A stretch of DNA of 64,000 nt from Candidatus Moranbacteria bacterium GW2011_GWC2_40_12. Lineage in GTDB: Bacteria; Patescibacteriota; Minisyncoccia; Moranbacterales; UBA11712. The position numbers and the translations under genes were made by a program. Positions 39,959 through 49,188 of the stretch are shown in pieces. The notes beneath the pieces were generated by a model, which saw only the letters and a list, made by a program, of their open reading frames with translations, was not told the DNA's origin and searched no databases. The stretch is taken from the NCBI GenBank assembly GCA_000995965.1, contig LBYD01000001.1:362848-426847 (forward strand). The letters are read 5' to 3'. The first letter of the stretch is position 1; each line of letters begins with the position of its first letter.

Positions 39959-40948
39959 TTATGATCCGCCGACATTCACAATTTCCGCCTTGATAGCCGG
40001 ATGAGGATCATAGCCTTCAAGCGTGAAATCTTCATATTTGAAGCTGTCGATATCTTTCACCTTCGGATTAAGAATAATGCGCGGAAATGGTTTTGGTTCG
40101 CGCTTGAGCTGTTCTTTCACCTGCTCGAAATGGTTTGAATATATGTGGACATCCCCGAAAAAGTGGACAAATTCCCCGGCCGGAATTCCGACAACCTGCG
40201 AAACCATTTGGAGAAGCAGAGCATAGCTCGCAATGTTAAACGGCACGCCTAAAAATAGGTCAGCGCTGCGTTGATACATTCCCAAATTCAATTTTTCGTT
40301 CACGACCGCGAACTGAAAAGTGGTGTGGCAAAAGGGCGGCACTTCATTCTTGTTTTGCGGAGAAGCCATGGAATAGATAAAATCCGGATTCCAGGCCGAA
40401 ACGCAGTATGACTTTCGATAGGGCTTGTCTTTGAGACCCGCGATGCAATAACCGAGCTGGTCAATGAGATGTCCGTCGCTGGCGGGCCACTTGCGCCACA
40501 TCCGGCCGTATATCGTGACGAGATCGCCCCATTTGCGCGCGAAATCGCTGTCCGCCGGTTCGGCCTTGAGACGCGAGATGAAATCTTTTTGTTCCAAATC
40601 CTCGCTTGGCGCGTTCTCAAGCGCCCACTTGTGGTATTTTTTCCAAGCCCATTCGTCCCAAATGTGGACATCGCGGTCAACCAGATATTTAATGTTCGAG
40701 TCTCCCGTCAAAAACCACAAGAGTTCCTCAAAAATTCCGCGATAAAAAACTTTTTTGGTCGTGAGCAGGGGAAATCCTTGCGACAAATCAAAACGGATCA
40801 CCCGCCCAAAAACCCCGCGGATAAAAGGCAATTCCTCGCCTTTTTTTCGATACTGCTCCTGCACTTCCGGCGTCAAAAATAGCGGCTTATCGGCGCCATT
40901 TTCCAGTATGTCTTTGATCAGATTCAAATATTGGTATTCGGGATGCAT
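39959..40948 (-). CDS. thyA: Thymidylate synthase (divergent N-terminus)
   Basis: FPLLTTK, ELLWFL, IWDEW, PFCH, YQRSADLFLGVPFNIASY, DVHIY. Confidence 0.93.
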   Translation of the reverse strand: MHPEYQYLNLIKDILENGADKPLFLTPEVQEQYRKKGEELPFIRGVFGRVIRFDLSQGFPLLTTKKVFYRGIFEELLWFLTGDSNIKYLVDRDVHIWDEWAWKKYHKWALENAPSEDLEQKDFISRLKAEPADSDFARKWGDLVTIYGRMWRKWPASDGHLIDQLGYCIAGLKDKPYRKSYCVSAWNPDFIYSMASPQNKNEVPPFCHTTFQFAVVNEKLNLGMYQRSADLFLGVPFNIASYALLLQMVSQVVGIPAGEFVHFFGDVHIYSNHFEQVKEQLKREPKPFPRIILNPKVKDIDSFKYEDFTLEGYDPHPAIKAEIVNVGGS

Positions 40949-41017
40949 TTTTCCTAAGATCCGATCTTAGGAGCGTCCTAAGATCGGATCTTAGGAGCTC
41001 AAAAGCCAAGCTTTTAA

Positions 41018-42097
41018 TTATAACCCCAAAATTTCCACCAATTGCCGAATTAGCGAAAGCGCTACGGGCGGAGCGAGCAAGCTGTATACCTCGACTCCCT
41101 CATCATCTTTCACCACAAAAGGATTTTCAATTGTTTTCACTTTGCCGCTGGTTTTGTCATATTCATATTCATAAGCCGGCGTTATTTCATAATCGTCCAC
41201 AAGGTCTTTGGATTTATCAACGGGAACAGCGTTTCGAATAAGCCCTTTTGAAATGCCATGGAGCGAAAATATTTTTTCTATCAGCTTGTCATCGAGCTCC
41301 AGCCGTTCACGAATAGATTCTATTCCCATTTCGTCTCCTTCTTTTCCGAACATTCTCGCTCTCTCGTGATCGGGATTGTCGCAAATCAGATAAAACTTTC
41401 CGTCTTTTTCGTCATATTCGACTTCCTGCGTAGTGAAAAGTTTCAAATTGCGCGGCGTGTGGCAAATTGGGCAAACCCGGCGATATTTCATCCGCTCGTC
41501 AATCACCGCCTCGGGAATATCAATGGCGATGAAGATGTCCGGATCTTCTCGATAGTCAACCAGTTGCTTGAAAAACATGGAATAGGAAACCTGGTCCAAG
41601 TTCCTCGGAAAACCGTCAATGAAAATTGTTTTCTTCCCGATTTTGTCGATTTCGCGCTTCACCAGCGCCATGATGAATTCATTGGGAAGCAGGGTTTTTT
41701 GGTCGCGTCCGAGAAGGGCGTCAAGCGCCTGCTCGGGAGTGATGTATCCGCGATAATTCTTTCGAAGATAATCGAGAAGCTCTTTTTTATATTTTTCGTC
41801 TCCCACCGCCGCGTGAAGATCGCGCACAATGTCACCGACGGAAAGGTGGGCGATTTTGTCCCGGCCGAAAATTTCCATCAGAAGCTTGGTATAGGTGCCT
41901 TTGCCGGCGTTTTTCTTGCCGAGAAGATAGACCATGAAAGTTTTTCCGGAATCGAAATATTTTTGAAGCTTGGCGATGTCGCCTCCGGCTTTGGCCTCAA
42001 AGTATTTTTTTCTTTCAGCAAGGTCCGAGAGATTGAATTTTTTGGCGATGCCTTCCACTTTTGTCTTGAAAAGCGGGAATTCTTTTTCGTATTTCAT
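41018..42097 (-). CDS. Adenylate-kinase-like NMP kinase, extended
   Basis: GKKNAGKGT P-loop, HLSVGD, DGFPRNLDQ, RRVCPIC lid. Confidence 0.8.
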   Translation of the reverse strand: MKYEKEFPLFKTKVEGIAKKFNLSDLAERKKYFEAKAGGDIAKLQKYFDSGKTFMVYLLGKKNAGKGTYTKLLMEIFGRDKIAHLSVGDIVRDLHAAVGDEKYKKELLDYLRKNYRGYITPEQALDALLGRDQKTLLPNEFIMALVKREIDKIGKKTIFIDGFPRNLDQVSYSMFFKQLVDYREDPDIFIAIDIPEAVIDERMKYRRVCPICHTPRNLKLFTTQEVEYDEKDGKFYLICDNPDHERARMFGKEGDEMGIESIRERLELDDKLIEKIFSLHGISKGLIRNAVPVDKSKDLVDDYEITPAYEYEYDKTSGKVKTIENPFVVKDDEGVEVYSLLAPPVALSLIRQLVEILGL

Positions 42098-42144
42098 GGG
42101 TCGTTTTCTTTTTTACGAAGTTATAAAAATATTAGCGAACCCCG

Positions 42145-42363
42145 CTAACAGCATAATATTAGCAAAGAAATATATTTTGGGCAAGAAAAAAGCCCGCAGT
42201 CGGTTGACCGGAGCTTCTTCGGTTGAATCCCGAGGGATAGAAGTTTTTTAGCTTCATTCGGGCCTCCTTTTGCGTATTGTTTTTGGGACGCCTCCCGGCC
42301 GGGCTGTATCAGCCGCGAGTTGAGGTTTTTGTCAATGTGCTTTATGGCATCACCTCCTTTCAT
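42145..42363 (-). CDS. Doubtful small ORFan
   Basis: ATGA overlap with upstream ORF; start uncertain. Confidence 0.3.
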   Translation of the reverse strand: MKGGDAIKHIDKNLNSRLIQPGREASQKQYAKGGPNEAKKLLSLGIQPKKLRSTDCGLFSCPKYISLLILCC

Positions 42364-42797
42364 GAGTTATCAGATGCTTTCCAGGTCTGTCCGTCGCCCC
42401 AAAATTTCAGGACCTCGAGCCAGTTTCCGCCGGCGTCACGGTGCCATCTCGCCAAAATTTCGCAACCTTTCCGGGTGTAAATCGACTTCTCGGCGAAGGT
42501 TTTAACAAATGGGCTGCCAGGATCATGGAGTTTCGAGCCATAGAAATTGTAAGCAAGTTCTCCTTTCTTATGTTTATACATATCGAGAACGTTGCTTGTG
42601 GGTTCGGCCCATCCTTTTACCATGACTATCAAGCCATCACTGAAATTGTCGCCTTTTTCAGCAAGTTGTTTGACAGTAACATGGTGGGCTGATAATTCCG
42701 TCCAATCAGTATTTGCGATTAGGTCAACCAGAATGATCGCCACACTGATTAGGATAATTGCGCCCCAGCAATTCTTTCTCCATGAGTTCTTTCTCAT
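42360..42797 (-). CDS. Hypothetical membrane-anchored ORFan
   Basis: N-terminal TM; TTGACT...TAAAAT promoter upstream. Confidence 0.6.
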   Translation of the reverse strand: MRKNSWRKNCWGAIILISVAIILVDLIANTDWTELSAHHVTVKQLAEKGDNFSDGLIVMVKGWAEPTSNVLDMYKHKKGELAYNFYGSKLHDPGSPFVKTFAEKSIYTRKGCEILARWHRDAGGNWLEVLKFWGDGQTWKASDNS

Positions 42798-43030
42798 TTT
42801 ATCCCTTCCTTTATTCTTTTTTTAATTTATTTTCCTTTATAATTGCCCGCGCGCGTTGGCAGCGTGACAACGAGTTATTTTATCACAAAAAAAGCCAGAA
42901 GTCAATACGGCGTGAAACATTCAAGTATAAAGGCTTAAGCAAGCTATTTTGTTGGCTATTCAAAGCTCGGTTTTTTCCTTCCCCAACAAACGCACAGGAA
43001 TTTCTCAGAACCATACTTTTCCAACTATTT

Positions 43031-44062
43031 TTAAGGCCGAACCTTAAAAATAGTTTGCCCCCTCTTCGTCATCTCAGATTTCAGTTCGCCGAATTCCATC
43101 GAACGGTCGGAACTGATGCTCATTTCCACCCCCAGCCCTTCCATTGTTTCTTTTTGAAAATACTGGTCGAAAACGAAGTTGCCGAGAGAGTAATATATTT
43201 TTTTGCCTTTGTATTCTTCTGAATTTTGGACAACATGCGGATGTGTCCCGATGACTGCGTCGGCTCCGGCGTCAATGAAACGATGGGCGAGCGCGCGAAC
43301 AGCATTTCCCGGGTCGCCCGTTTTATATTCCGTTCCCCAATGCGGTGAGATTATGACGATGTCTGATTTCTCTTTGGCTGATTTTATCTCTTCAACCGCC
43401 GCTTCAGCCGAATCCGGAACAGAATAATTATAACTCACAAAACTGATTTCTCCACTTGGAAACTTAGTTTCCAAGTGGCCGGTATCGCCGAAATATTCCA
43501 CTCCCGCTTCGTCCAGATATTTTTTTGTCTGTTCCAGCCCCTCTTCGCCCTGATTGAGAATATGATTGTTCCCCAGGTTCACTAATTTTATATTATTTTC
43601 AAAAAGGACTTTTGCCACCGCCGGATCGAAGGTGAATTGAAAATTGTTTTTTTCCTCCATTGCCGTTCCGACGCTTACCGACTGGTTGTCCGTGATCGGC
43701 CCCTCCAGATTTCCGACAACAAGATCATATTCAGCCAATTTGTCCTTGACCGGTTCGAGAACGTAATTGTAGTTTCCTTTGCCGTACTTTTCAACCGCTT
43801 CCCGAATATAACGGTCAAACATGATATCCCCGACGAAAAGAATTTTCACGGGCTTGCCGTTTTCAGCGCCTGCATTTTCTGGCACTGCGGCACTTTCATC
43901 CGCATTAATATTTTTCTGCTCTTGGCTTTTGCTTTCCTTTGTTTGCTCGCCTCGCTGAGTCGAAGCGGGCTGGCGCAGATCGACATTTTGCGCGCAACCC
44001 GTCAAAAGCAACGCGCAAAGCGATAAAAAAATAACTTTAAATTTTACATTGTCATTTTGCAT
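43031..44062 (-). CDS. CapA/PGA_cap metallophosphoesterase, probable lipoprotein
   Basis: LLLTGC lipobox; VGDIM, NLE, GNNHILN, HWGTE, GTHPHV, YSLGNF. Confidence 0.9.
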   Translation of the reverse strand: MQNDNVKFKVIFLSLCALLLTGCAQNVDLRQPASTQRGEQTKESKSQEQKNINADESAAVPENAGAENGKPVKILFVGDIMFDRYIREAVEKYGKGNYNYVLEPVKDKLAEYDLVVGNLEGPITDNQSVSVGTAMEEKNNFQFTFDPAVAKVLFENNIKLVNLGNNHILNQGEEGLEQTKKYLDEAGVEYFGDTGHLETKFPSGEISFVSYNYSVPDSAEAAVEEIKSAKEKSDIVIISPHWGTEYKTGDPGNAVRALAHRFIDAGADAVIGTHPHVVQNSEEYKGKKIYYSLGNFVFDQYFQKETMEGLGVEMSISSDRSMEFGELKSEMTKRGQTIFKVRP

Positions 44063-44903
44063 TTTGATTTTTGCATTTTGATTTAATGCAAGTATATATT
44101 ATATCGCCTATCTCATCCGTCCTAAAAATATTTATATTCCTCTTTTTGAGCGCCCCAAGCACCGCCTCTGTTGGATGGCCGTAGGAATTGTTTTCGCTGA
44201 CCGAAATAATTGCTTCCTCGGGACTGGCAGCGTCGAGAAATGCTTCGCCTGATGAATATTTCGAGCCGTGATGGGCGATTTTCAAGAAATCCACGTCAAT
44301 ATCTTCTCCGCTATCCAAAATTTCTTTTTCGGCGGGGGATTCGATGTCGCCGGTGAAAAGAAATGAATTTTCGCCATAATCGAGACGAGCGACGATCGAA
44401 TCATTATTCGCGTCTCCTGCCGAAGCATCAATTTTTCCCTGCGGATGGATAACCTTCATTCTCACGTCTTCAAACTTCACTTCCGCCCCGCGCCATACTT
44501 CCATTGTTTCAAATTTATTATACGCAAGCAAATCTTTCCATTCTTTGTAAACTTGGGTGTCTTTTTCCGCTCCGGTCGTGAGAACTTTTCCGATTTTATA
44601 ACTGCGCGCTACTTCCACCAGCCCCGCGAGATGATCTTTGTCCGGATGGGTCAAAATGACCAATTCAATCTCATCGTCGAAATAGGGCAGATATTTCCCC
44701 AGTTTCGCGAGTTCCGTTTTTCCGCTCGGCCCGCCGTCGATGAGAATTTGCCGCGTTCCTTTCTGGATCAGAATCGAATCCCCCTGCCCGACATCGAGAA
44801 AAACAACTTGTAGGTGTCCGACACCTACAAAGATTTGGTAGGAGAAATAGGCCAAGATAATCAGGAGTGCGGCAAATGTGATATAGCTGATTCTATTTTT
44901 CAT
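44052..44903 (-). CDS. ComEC-type metallo-beta-lactamase domain protein
   Basis: LDVGQGDS, THPDKDH, FTGD, AHHGS, YGHP. Confidence 0.9.
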   Translation of the reverse strand: MKNRISYITFAALLIILAYFSYQIFVGVGHLQVVFLDVGQGDSILIQKGTRQILIDGGPSGKTELAKLGKYLPYFDDEIELVILTHPDKDHLAGLVEVARSYKIGKVLTTGAEKDTQVYKEWKDLLAYNKFETMEVWRGAEVKFEDVRMKVIHPQGKIDASAGDANNDSIVARLDYGENSFLFTGDIESPAEKEILDSGEDIDVDFLKIAHHGSKYSSGEAFLDAASPEEAIISVSENNSYGHPTEAVLGALKKRNINIFRTDEIGDIIYTCIKSKCKNQNAK

Positions 44904-46410
44904 CTGCCAGTGTCATAATTTTTTTATCTTTCTTTTTAAAATAATACAATATCCAAAACAATATCAAATAGCAAACTAGAATATATTTCCATCCGAAATT
45001 TTTGGCCTCAATTGAAGCCCAAGACCAACTCGCCATCCATTCAACCGCGAATAATTCGGCTTTGAGGAGAATATAGGGGATGAAGCCGACCAGCTTCCCA
45101 AGCGGCACAAATATAAACCCGGCCATCCCCGCCGCAAACCCCGTCCCCATTATATACGGAATCGCCGGCAAAATCACAAAATTGGCGATGGGGGAGACCA
45201 AAGAAATTTTTTCAAAAGAGTTGAGGATGATTGGCAGAACAAAAACCATGGCCGACATAGTGAGGATAATTGTTTCTTGAATGAGTTTCGGCGGCCTCCC
45301 CCACCAAAATTTTTCCAAAATAGGGGAGAGCTGAACAATCCCGATGGTAGCCAAAAAAGAAAGCTGGAATCCTGCATCATATCGCAAAAGCAAAGGATTG
45401 ATCGCGAGCATGGCGCCGGCCGCAAGCAATATGGCGTTCGTTGAATTGGCCAGTCTCCCCTCTTTCATCGCCCAAATGACAAGGCCTCCCATAATCCCCG
45501 CTCTCACGGCCGAACTGGGCGCGCCCGTCATAAGGACGAATAACACTATCCCGATCACCGCGAAAGAAAAAACCTGCTGGCGCCAAAGGCCAAGCCAGAT
45601 TCCGAGCCACATCAAAAACGCAGCCACTATTGTCACGTTATAGCCAGAAACCGCCACCGTATGAGTTATTCCCGTCCGCTGAAAGGCTTCCGACAGGTCC
45701 TTGGTCATTCTTTTGCTCCCGCCCAATAATAATCCTTTCAAATACGCTCCCTCCGGATCAGGAAAAATCGCCGAGAGCTTTTCTTCGAATTTGTTTTTAA
45801 CCGCCAGGATGAAAGTATATAATTTGTTTCCCTTATTTTTCGAAACGACAGTTATTTGCGCTTTATTGCAAATCCGGTAAATTCTGTCTTTGGCGAGATA
45901 CATCTGGTAGTCAAATTTAGAATCAGCGTAGTTTTTGGGTTCTTCCAGACTGCATTTTATTTTTAATTCATCGCCATATGAATACTGCGGATAAAGAGGG
46001 GCAGTGATCAATATTCGTTTTTTCTCGCCGCATAAATTATTAGTACAGTATACTGTATTACTGTACTGTTTTTCATCTTCGATTCCGACAACTATTTTTT
46101 GGTTTGTCTCGCTTATTTCCGGTTCTTTCAATACTATTCCCGTGAGTTCAACCGGACCCAGTTCTTGATTGGCCAGCCTTTTTTTAGAGTTTTCAAGTGA
46201 AAAATTTGTCCGCCATATCCCGAGAGCCAAAAATATAACCGCCGCGCTGGCGACTATGATTTTTTTATTTCTGTAATTTATGGTGAATATGAGAATTCCC
46301 GCGGCGGCAAGTGCCAAAACAATATATTTTTCAATTTGAAAAAAAGATGCGAAAAAAATACCCGCTAAAAATGCCAAGGATAAAATAAAAAAAATCCTGG
46401 ATTTGGTCAC
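44893..46410 (-). CDS. comEC: ComEC/Rec2 DNA uptake channel (OB plus Competence domain)
   Basis: TGITHTVAVSGYN, SAVRA, GFQLSFLA; many TMs. Confidence 0.92.
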   Translation of the reverse strand: MTKSRIFFILSLAFLAGIFFASFFQIEKYIVLALAAAGILIFTINYRNKKIIVASAAVIFLALGIWRTNFSLENSKKRLANQELGPVELTGIVLKEPEISETNQKIVVGIEDEKQYSNTVYCTNNLCGEKKRILITAPLYPQYSYGDELKIKCSLEEPKNYADSKFDYQMYLAKDRIYRICNKAQITVVSKNKGNKLYTFILAVKNKFEEKLSAIFPDPEGAYLKGLLLGGSKRMTKDLSEAFQRTGITHTVAVSGYNVTIVAAFLMWLGIWLGLWRQQVFSFAVIGIVLFVLMTGAPSSAVRAGIMGGLVIWAMKEGRLANSTNAILLAAGAMLAINPLLLRYDAGFQLSFLATIGIVQLSPILEKFWWGRPPKLIQETIILTMSAMVFVLPIILNSFEKISLVSPIANFVILPAIPYIMGTGFAAGMAGFIFVPLGKLVGFIPYILLKAELFAVEWMASWSWASIEAKNFGWKYILVCYLILFWILYYFKKKDKKIMTLADEK

Positions 46411-46463
46411 GCCTTCATTATATCAAAAAAAGCAGGCCTCAACCCGCTTTTTTTCTCTCGTTA

Positions 46464-46509
46464 TTCCTAAAGTTAAACTTTAGGAAAGGTTAAACTTTAG
46501 GAAAGGTTA
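46464..46509. repeat. REP-like palindrome plus half copy, same family as RAYT flanks
   Basis: TTCCTAAAGTTAAACTTTAGGAA; 42 of 46 nt identical to 63655-63700. Confidence 0.85.
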
Positions 46510-47055
46510 CTTGCAACACAAATATGCCCTACCCACCCACTGGTATGAATGGCTGCCAGAGCATCCGCCGCTTGGAGGACTGAAATAAGCTATTGGACCA
46601 ATGTGAGAACAAACACCCCATCTTCCAAGATCAGCCTCTTCCTGGAAAGGTGCGGGACAGTGCAAACCGCCCCAATCACATTTTTCACCATAAGAAGCTG
46701 CTCCATTTTCATTGCAATACTGGGTATAGCATACGCCTCCCCCTCCTCCCGCCGCCCAAGCGACTTGGCCATCAATGGTCGAGGCAGATAATACATCGCC
46801 AACGGCAGGAGTCACTCCTGGTTGGGTAAATTGCAAGCCGCTTGTTTTAAGTCCTAAAACTTCTAGCACCCCGGCCTTTATCTGGGGTAATCCACTCGTA
46901 TTTATCGGCGCGCCCACGTTTCCCCCGGGAGGAGTATCGGAGGGCTCCGTCCAGGCTCTGACGAACTGGACGGTTAAGCCCAGAATAAGACCGACCATCA
47001 CCACTCCCGACCACCAGACGGCATTTTCGAATATTTTTTTGAGTTTGTTCTTCAT
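46507..47055 (-). CDS. Surface/secreted WTEP-family protein with Cys-rich C-terminus (paralog 2)
   Basis: QFVRAWTEPSDTPPGGNVGAPINT; Gly linker; Cys-rich tip. Confidence 0.8.
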   Translation of the reverse strand: MKNKLKKIFENAVWWSGVVMVGLILGLTVQFVRAWTEPSDTPPGGNVGAPINTSGLPQIKAGVLEVLGLKTSGLQFTQPGVTPAVGDVLSASTIDGQVAWAAGGGGGVCYTQYCNENGAASYGEKCDWGGLHCPAPFQEEADLGRWGVCSHIGPIAYFSPPSGGCSGSHSYQWVGRAYLCCK

Positions 47056-47076
47056 GATATTTTATCTTAATATTTA

Positions 47077-47421
47077 TTATTTTCTCATTTGCTCGAGTTT
47101 TTCAAATTCCGCCCGGATCTGTTCGGGAGTGGGAGGGGTTGCGTTGGATTCATTTTTTTGTTTTTCTAATTTTTCAAATTCGGCTTGGATTTCTTCGGAA
47201 GTGGGTTCTTTCGAGTTGGAGCTTTTTCGCATCTCTTCCAGCTTTTCGAATTCTTTTTGGATTTTTGCCTGCTGGGATGTCCGAGGAAGATTGGCCGGAA
47301 TCTTTGCGGGATTGTTTTTGTTGATCAAAGGAACTGCCACAATCGCCAAAACAGCCAGAAACAACGCGACGGATCCGACAAGGATTATTTTCTTGAGATG
47401 ATTGGGCGGTTCATAGAGCAT
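47077..47421 (-). CDS. Single-TM protein with three EFEKLE repeats
   Basis: IQKEFEKLEEMRK / IQAEFEKLEKQKN / IRAEFEKLEQMRK. Confidence 0.75.
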   Translation of the reverse strand: MLYEPPNHLKKIILVGSVALFLAVLAIVAVPLINKNNPAKIPANLPRTSQQAKIQKEFEKLEEMRKSSNSKEPTSEEIQAEFEKLEKQKNESNATPPTPEQIRAEFEKLEQMRK

Positions 47422-47510
47422 TTTGTTTTTTTCTTTTTTTGCTCAAAAGAAACCTATGATGATATTCTAACATATAAAGCCATTCCCTGCAAACACGCGA
47501 GGGTTAGGAG

Positions 47511-47519
47511 TTATCCACA
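47511..47519 (+). promoter_or_regulatory. DnaA box
   Basis: TTATCCACA exact. Confidence 0.5.
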
Positions 47520-47547
47520 GGTGGTTTTGACGAAGGCTAAGCATTCG

Positions 47548-47766
47548 TCAGCTGATTTCAACAAGCTTCACCCGGGTGGATTTTCCTCCGATGATGCTTA
47601 TGGAACTTTTAGGCACGTTGAAATGATCAGCCAAGAGTTTGATCACAGCAACGTTCGCTTTTCCTTTTTCCGGCACCGCCGTCACTTTCACTATATATTC
47701 GCCTTCGGAAATTTTCAGGACTTCGTTTTTCCCCGCCCGCGGGGTAACCCGAACATAGATTCTCAT
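47548..47766 (-). CDS. DUF167/YggU family protein
   Basis: VRVTPRA, VTAVPEKGKAN, IIGGKSTR.K. Confidence 0.88.
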   Translation of the reverse strand: MRIYVRVTPRAGKNEVLKISEGEYIVKVTAVPEKGKANVAVIKLLADHFNVPKSSISIIGGKSTRVKLVEIS

Positions 47767-47797
47767 AAATTACCTACCAACATTCAATGTTGGTATA

Positions 47798-48736
47798 CTA
47801 ACATTGAATGTTGGGATAAATATATTTTTTCGCCTCTGACGATACATGAATATTTCCCTTGTAATCCAAGAAAATCGCCGCGATTTTGTTTTTCTCCGCA
47901 AATTCCAGGCCTTTTTCTTTTCCCATTAGAACTAAAACCTTTGCTCGGCCATCGGAATTTTCTGTATTTTCAGCAATTACAGTCACGGTCCGAAGCTCAT
48001 ACGAAAATTCATTTGGATTTTTGGGATTCACCAGATGATGAAATTTTCTGCCTCTTATCTGCCATTTTTTCCGGATGATTCCGGAAGTCGCAACGCCCCG
48101 ATCAGCAATTTCCAGCATCATTTTTTCTTTTGGCACCCCTTCAATTTCGATAAGCCATTTTCCGTCTTCCCTGTTTTTCCCGGATGCGAACATGTCTCCG
48201 CCCGCGTCAACCAGAAAATTTTTCCAGCCTTGGTTTTTCAGATACTTCTCCGCCTGATCAACAATATAACCTTTCGCAATGCCGGAAAAGTCCATTCTCT
48301 TTTTGAATAATATCGCATCGCCCTTCACTTCCAAATCGTTTTCAAGTTCATTCCCTATTTTTGAAAAAGTTTTCGGGAGATCTGCTTTTTCGAAATTGGC
48401 CTGGTGAAAATATTTGTCATATCCAATTTTTTCCAGGATTCCGATAATCCTGGGATCATATAGTCCCCCGCTGATTTTGTTGTAGTGCAGTGCGCGCGAG
48501 GCCAAATACAAAATATCCGGCGAGGCTTTTTGGAACGGGCCGAGATTTTCGTTCAGTTGGCTAAGCTCGCTGTCGGAATTGAAGCGACAAAAAATTCTTT
48601 GCTTGGTGCGAAAAAGATTTTCCATTCCGCCGACATCTTTTCTCGCCCTTTTCGCCTCGTCTTCACCGTTAGCAACAATACGAATATTTATATCCGTTCC
48701 CAGAGCGCGAAAATTGGATTTCTCTTCGGATTTCAT
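47798..48736 (-). CDS. apbE: FAD:protein FMN transferase
   Basis: ALGT, DFSGIAKGY, DAGGD, ATSG, HHLVNP. Confidence 0.9.
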   Translation of the reverse strand: MKSEEKSNFRALGTDINIRIVANGEDEAKRARKDVGGMENLFRTKQRIFCRFNSDSELSQLNENLGPFQKASPDILYLASRALHYNKISGGLYDPRIIGILEKIGYDKYFHQANFEKADLPKTFSKIGNELENDLEVKGDAILFKKRMDFSGIAKGYIVDQAEKYLKNQGWKNFLVDAGGDMFASGKNREDGKWLIEIEGVPKEKMMLEIADRGVATSGIIRKKWQIRGRKFHHLVNPKNPNEFSYELRTVTVIAENTENSDGRAKVLVLMGKEKGLEFAEKNKIAAIFLDYKGNIHVSSEAKKYIYPNIQC

Positions 48737-48787
48737 AGCGAATAGACTTATATTCCTTTACCCTAGAGCTGAGCTCTAGGGTAAAGG

Positions 48788-49042
48788 CTAGTTTATCTTG
48801 TCTTTTATTTCCTGTTTGATTTTGTCGTCAATTTGGTCCGGGAGAACGTCGCCGGATGGATTGTGCTTTGACGCTTCGCGATAAATGATATTTTTTGCTT
48901 TCTGCGCCGCTTTTTTCAAAAAGTCTTTTTCCGGCTTGTTTATGTTGATTGAAAACGGAGAAAAGTTCACGGAAAAAATCCCGCCCAGAAAGGCGAATAA
49001 TACGGCGACAAATATTATAAATATAAAAAGTTTTTTAAACAC
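48788..49042 (-). CDS. Small membrane-anchored hypothetical protein
   Basis: N-terminal TM; GTG start. Confidence 0.6.
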   Translation of the reverse strand: MFKKLFIFIIFVAVLFAFLGGIFSVNFSPFSININKPEKDFLKKAAQKAKNIIYREASKHNPSGDVLPDQIDDKIKQEIKDKIN

Positions 49043-49188
49043 TATAATATGTGCTGAATGAATTACATAATTCCTAATTCCTAATGTCTAATTTCCAATA
49101 AAATGCAAAATGCCTAATTCCAAAATTTTAGTATTGGACATTTATTTATTGGATTTTTTAGAAATTGGGAATCAGAAATTGGAAATTG

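Noticed and set aside
39959-40948. dCMP hydroxymethylase (phage base modification)
   Set aside because: Keeps the Asn in PFNIASY that specifies dUMP and sits beside DHFR.
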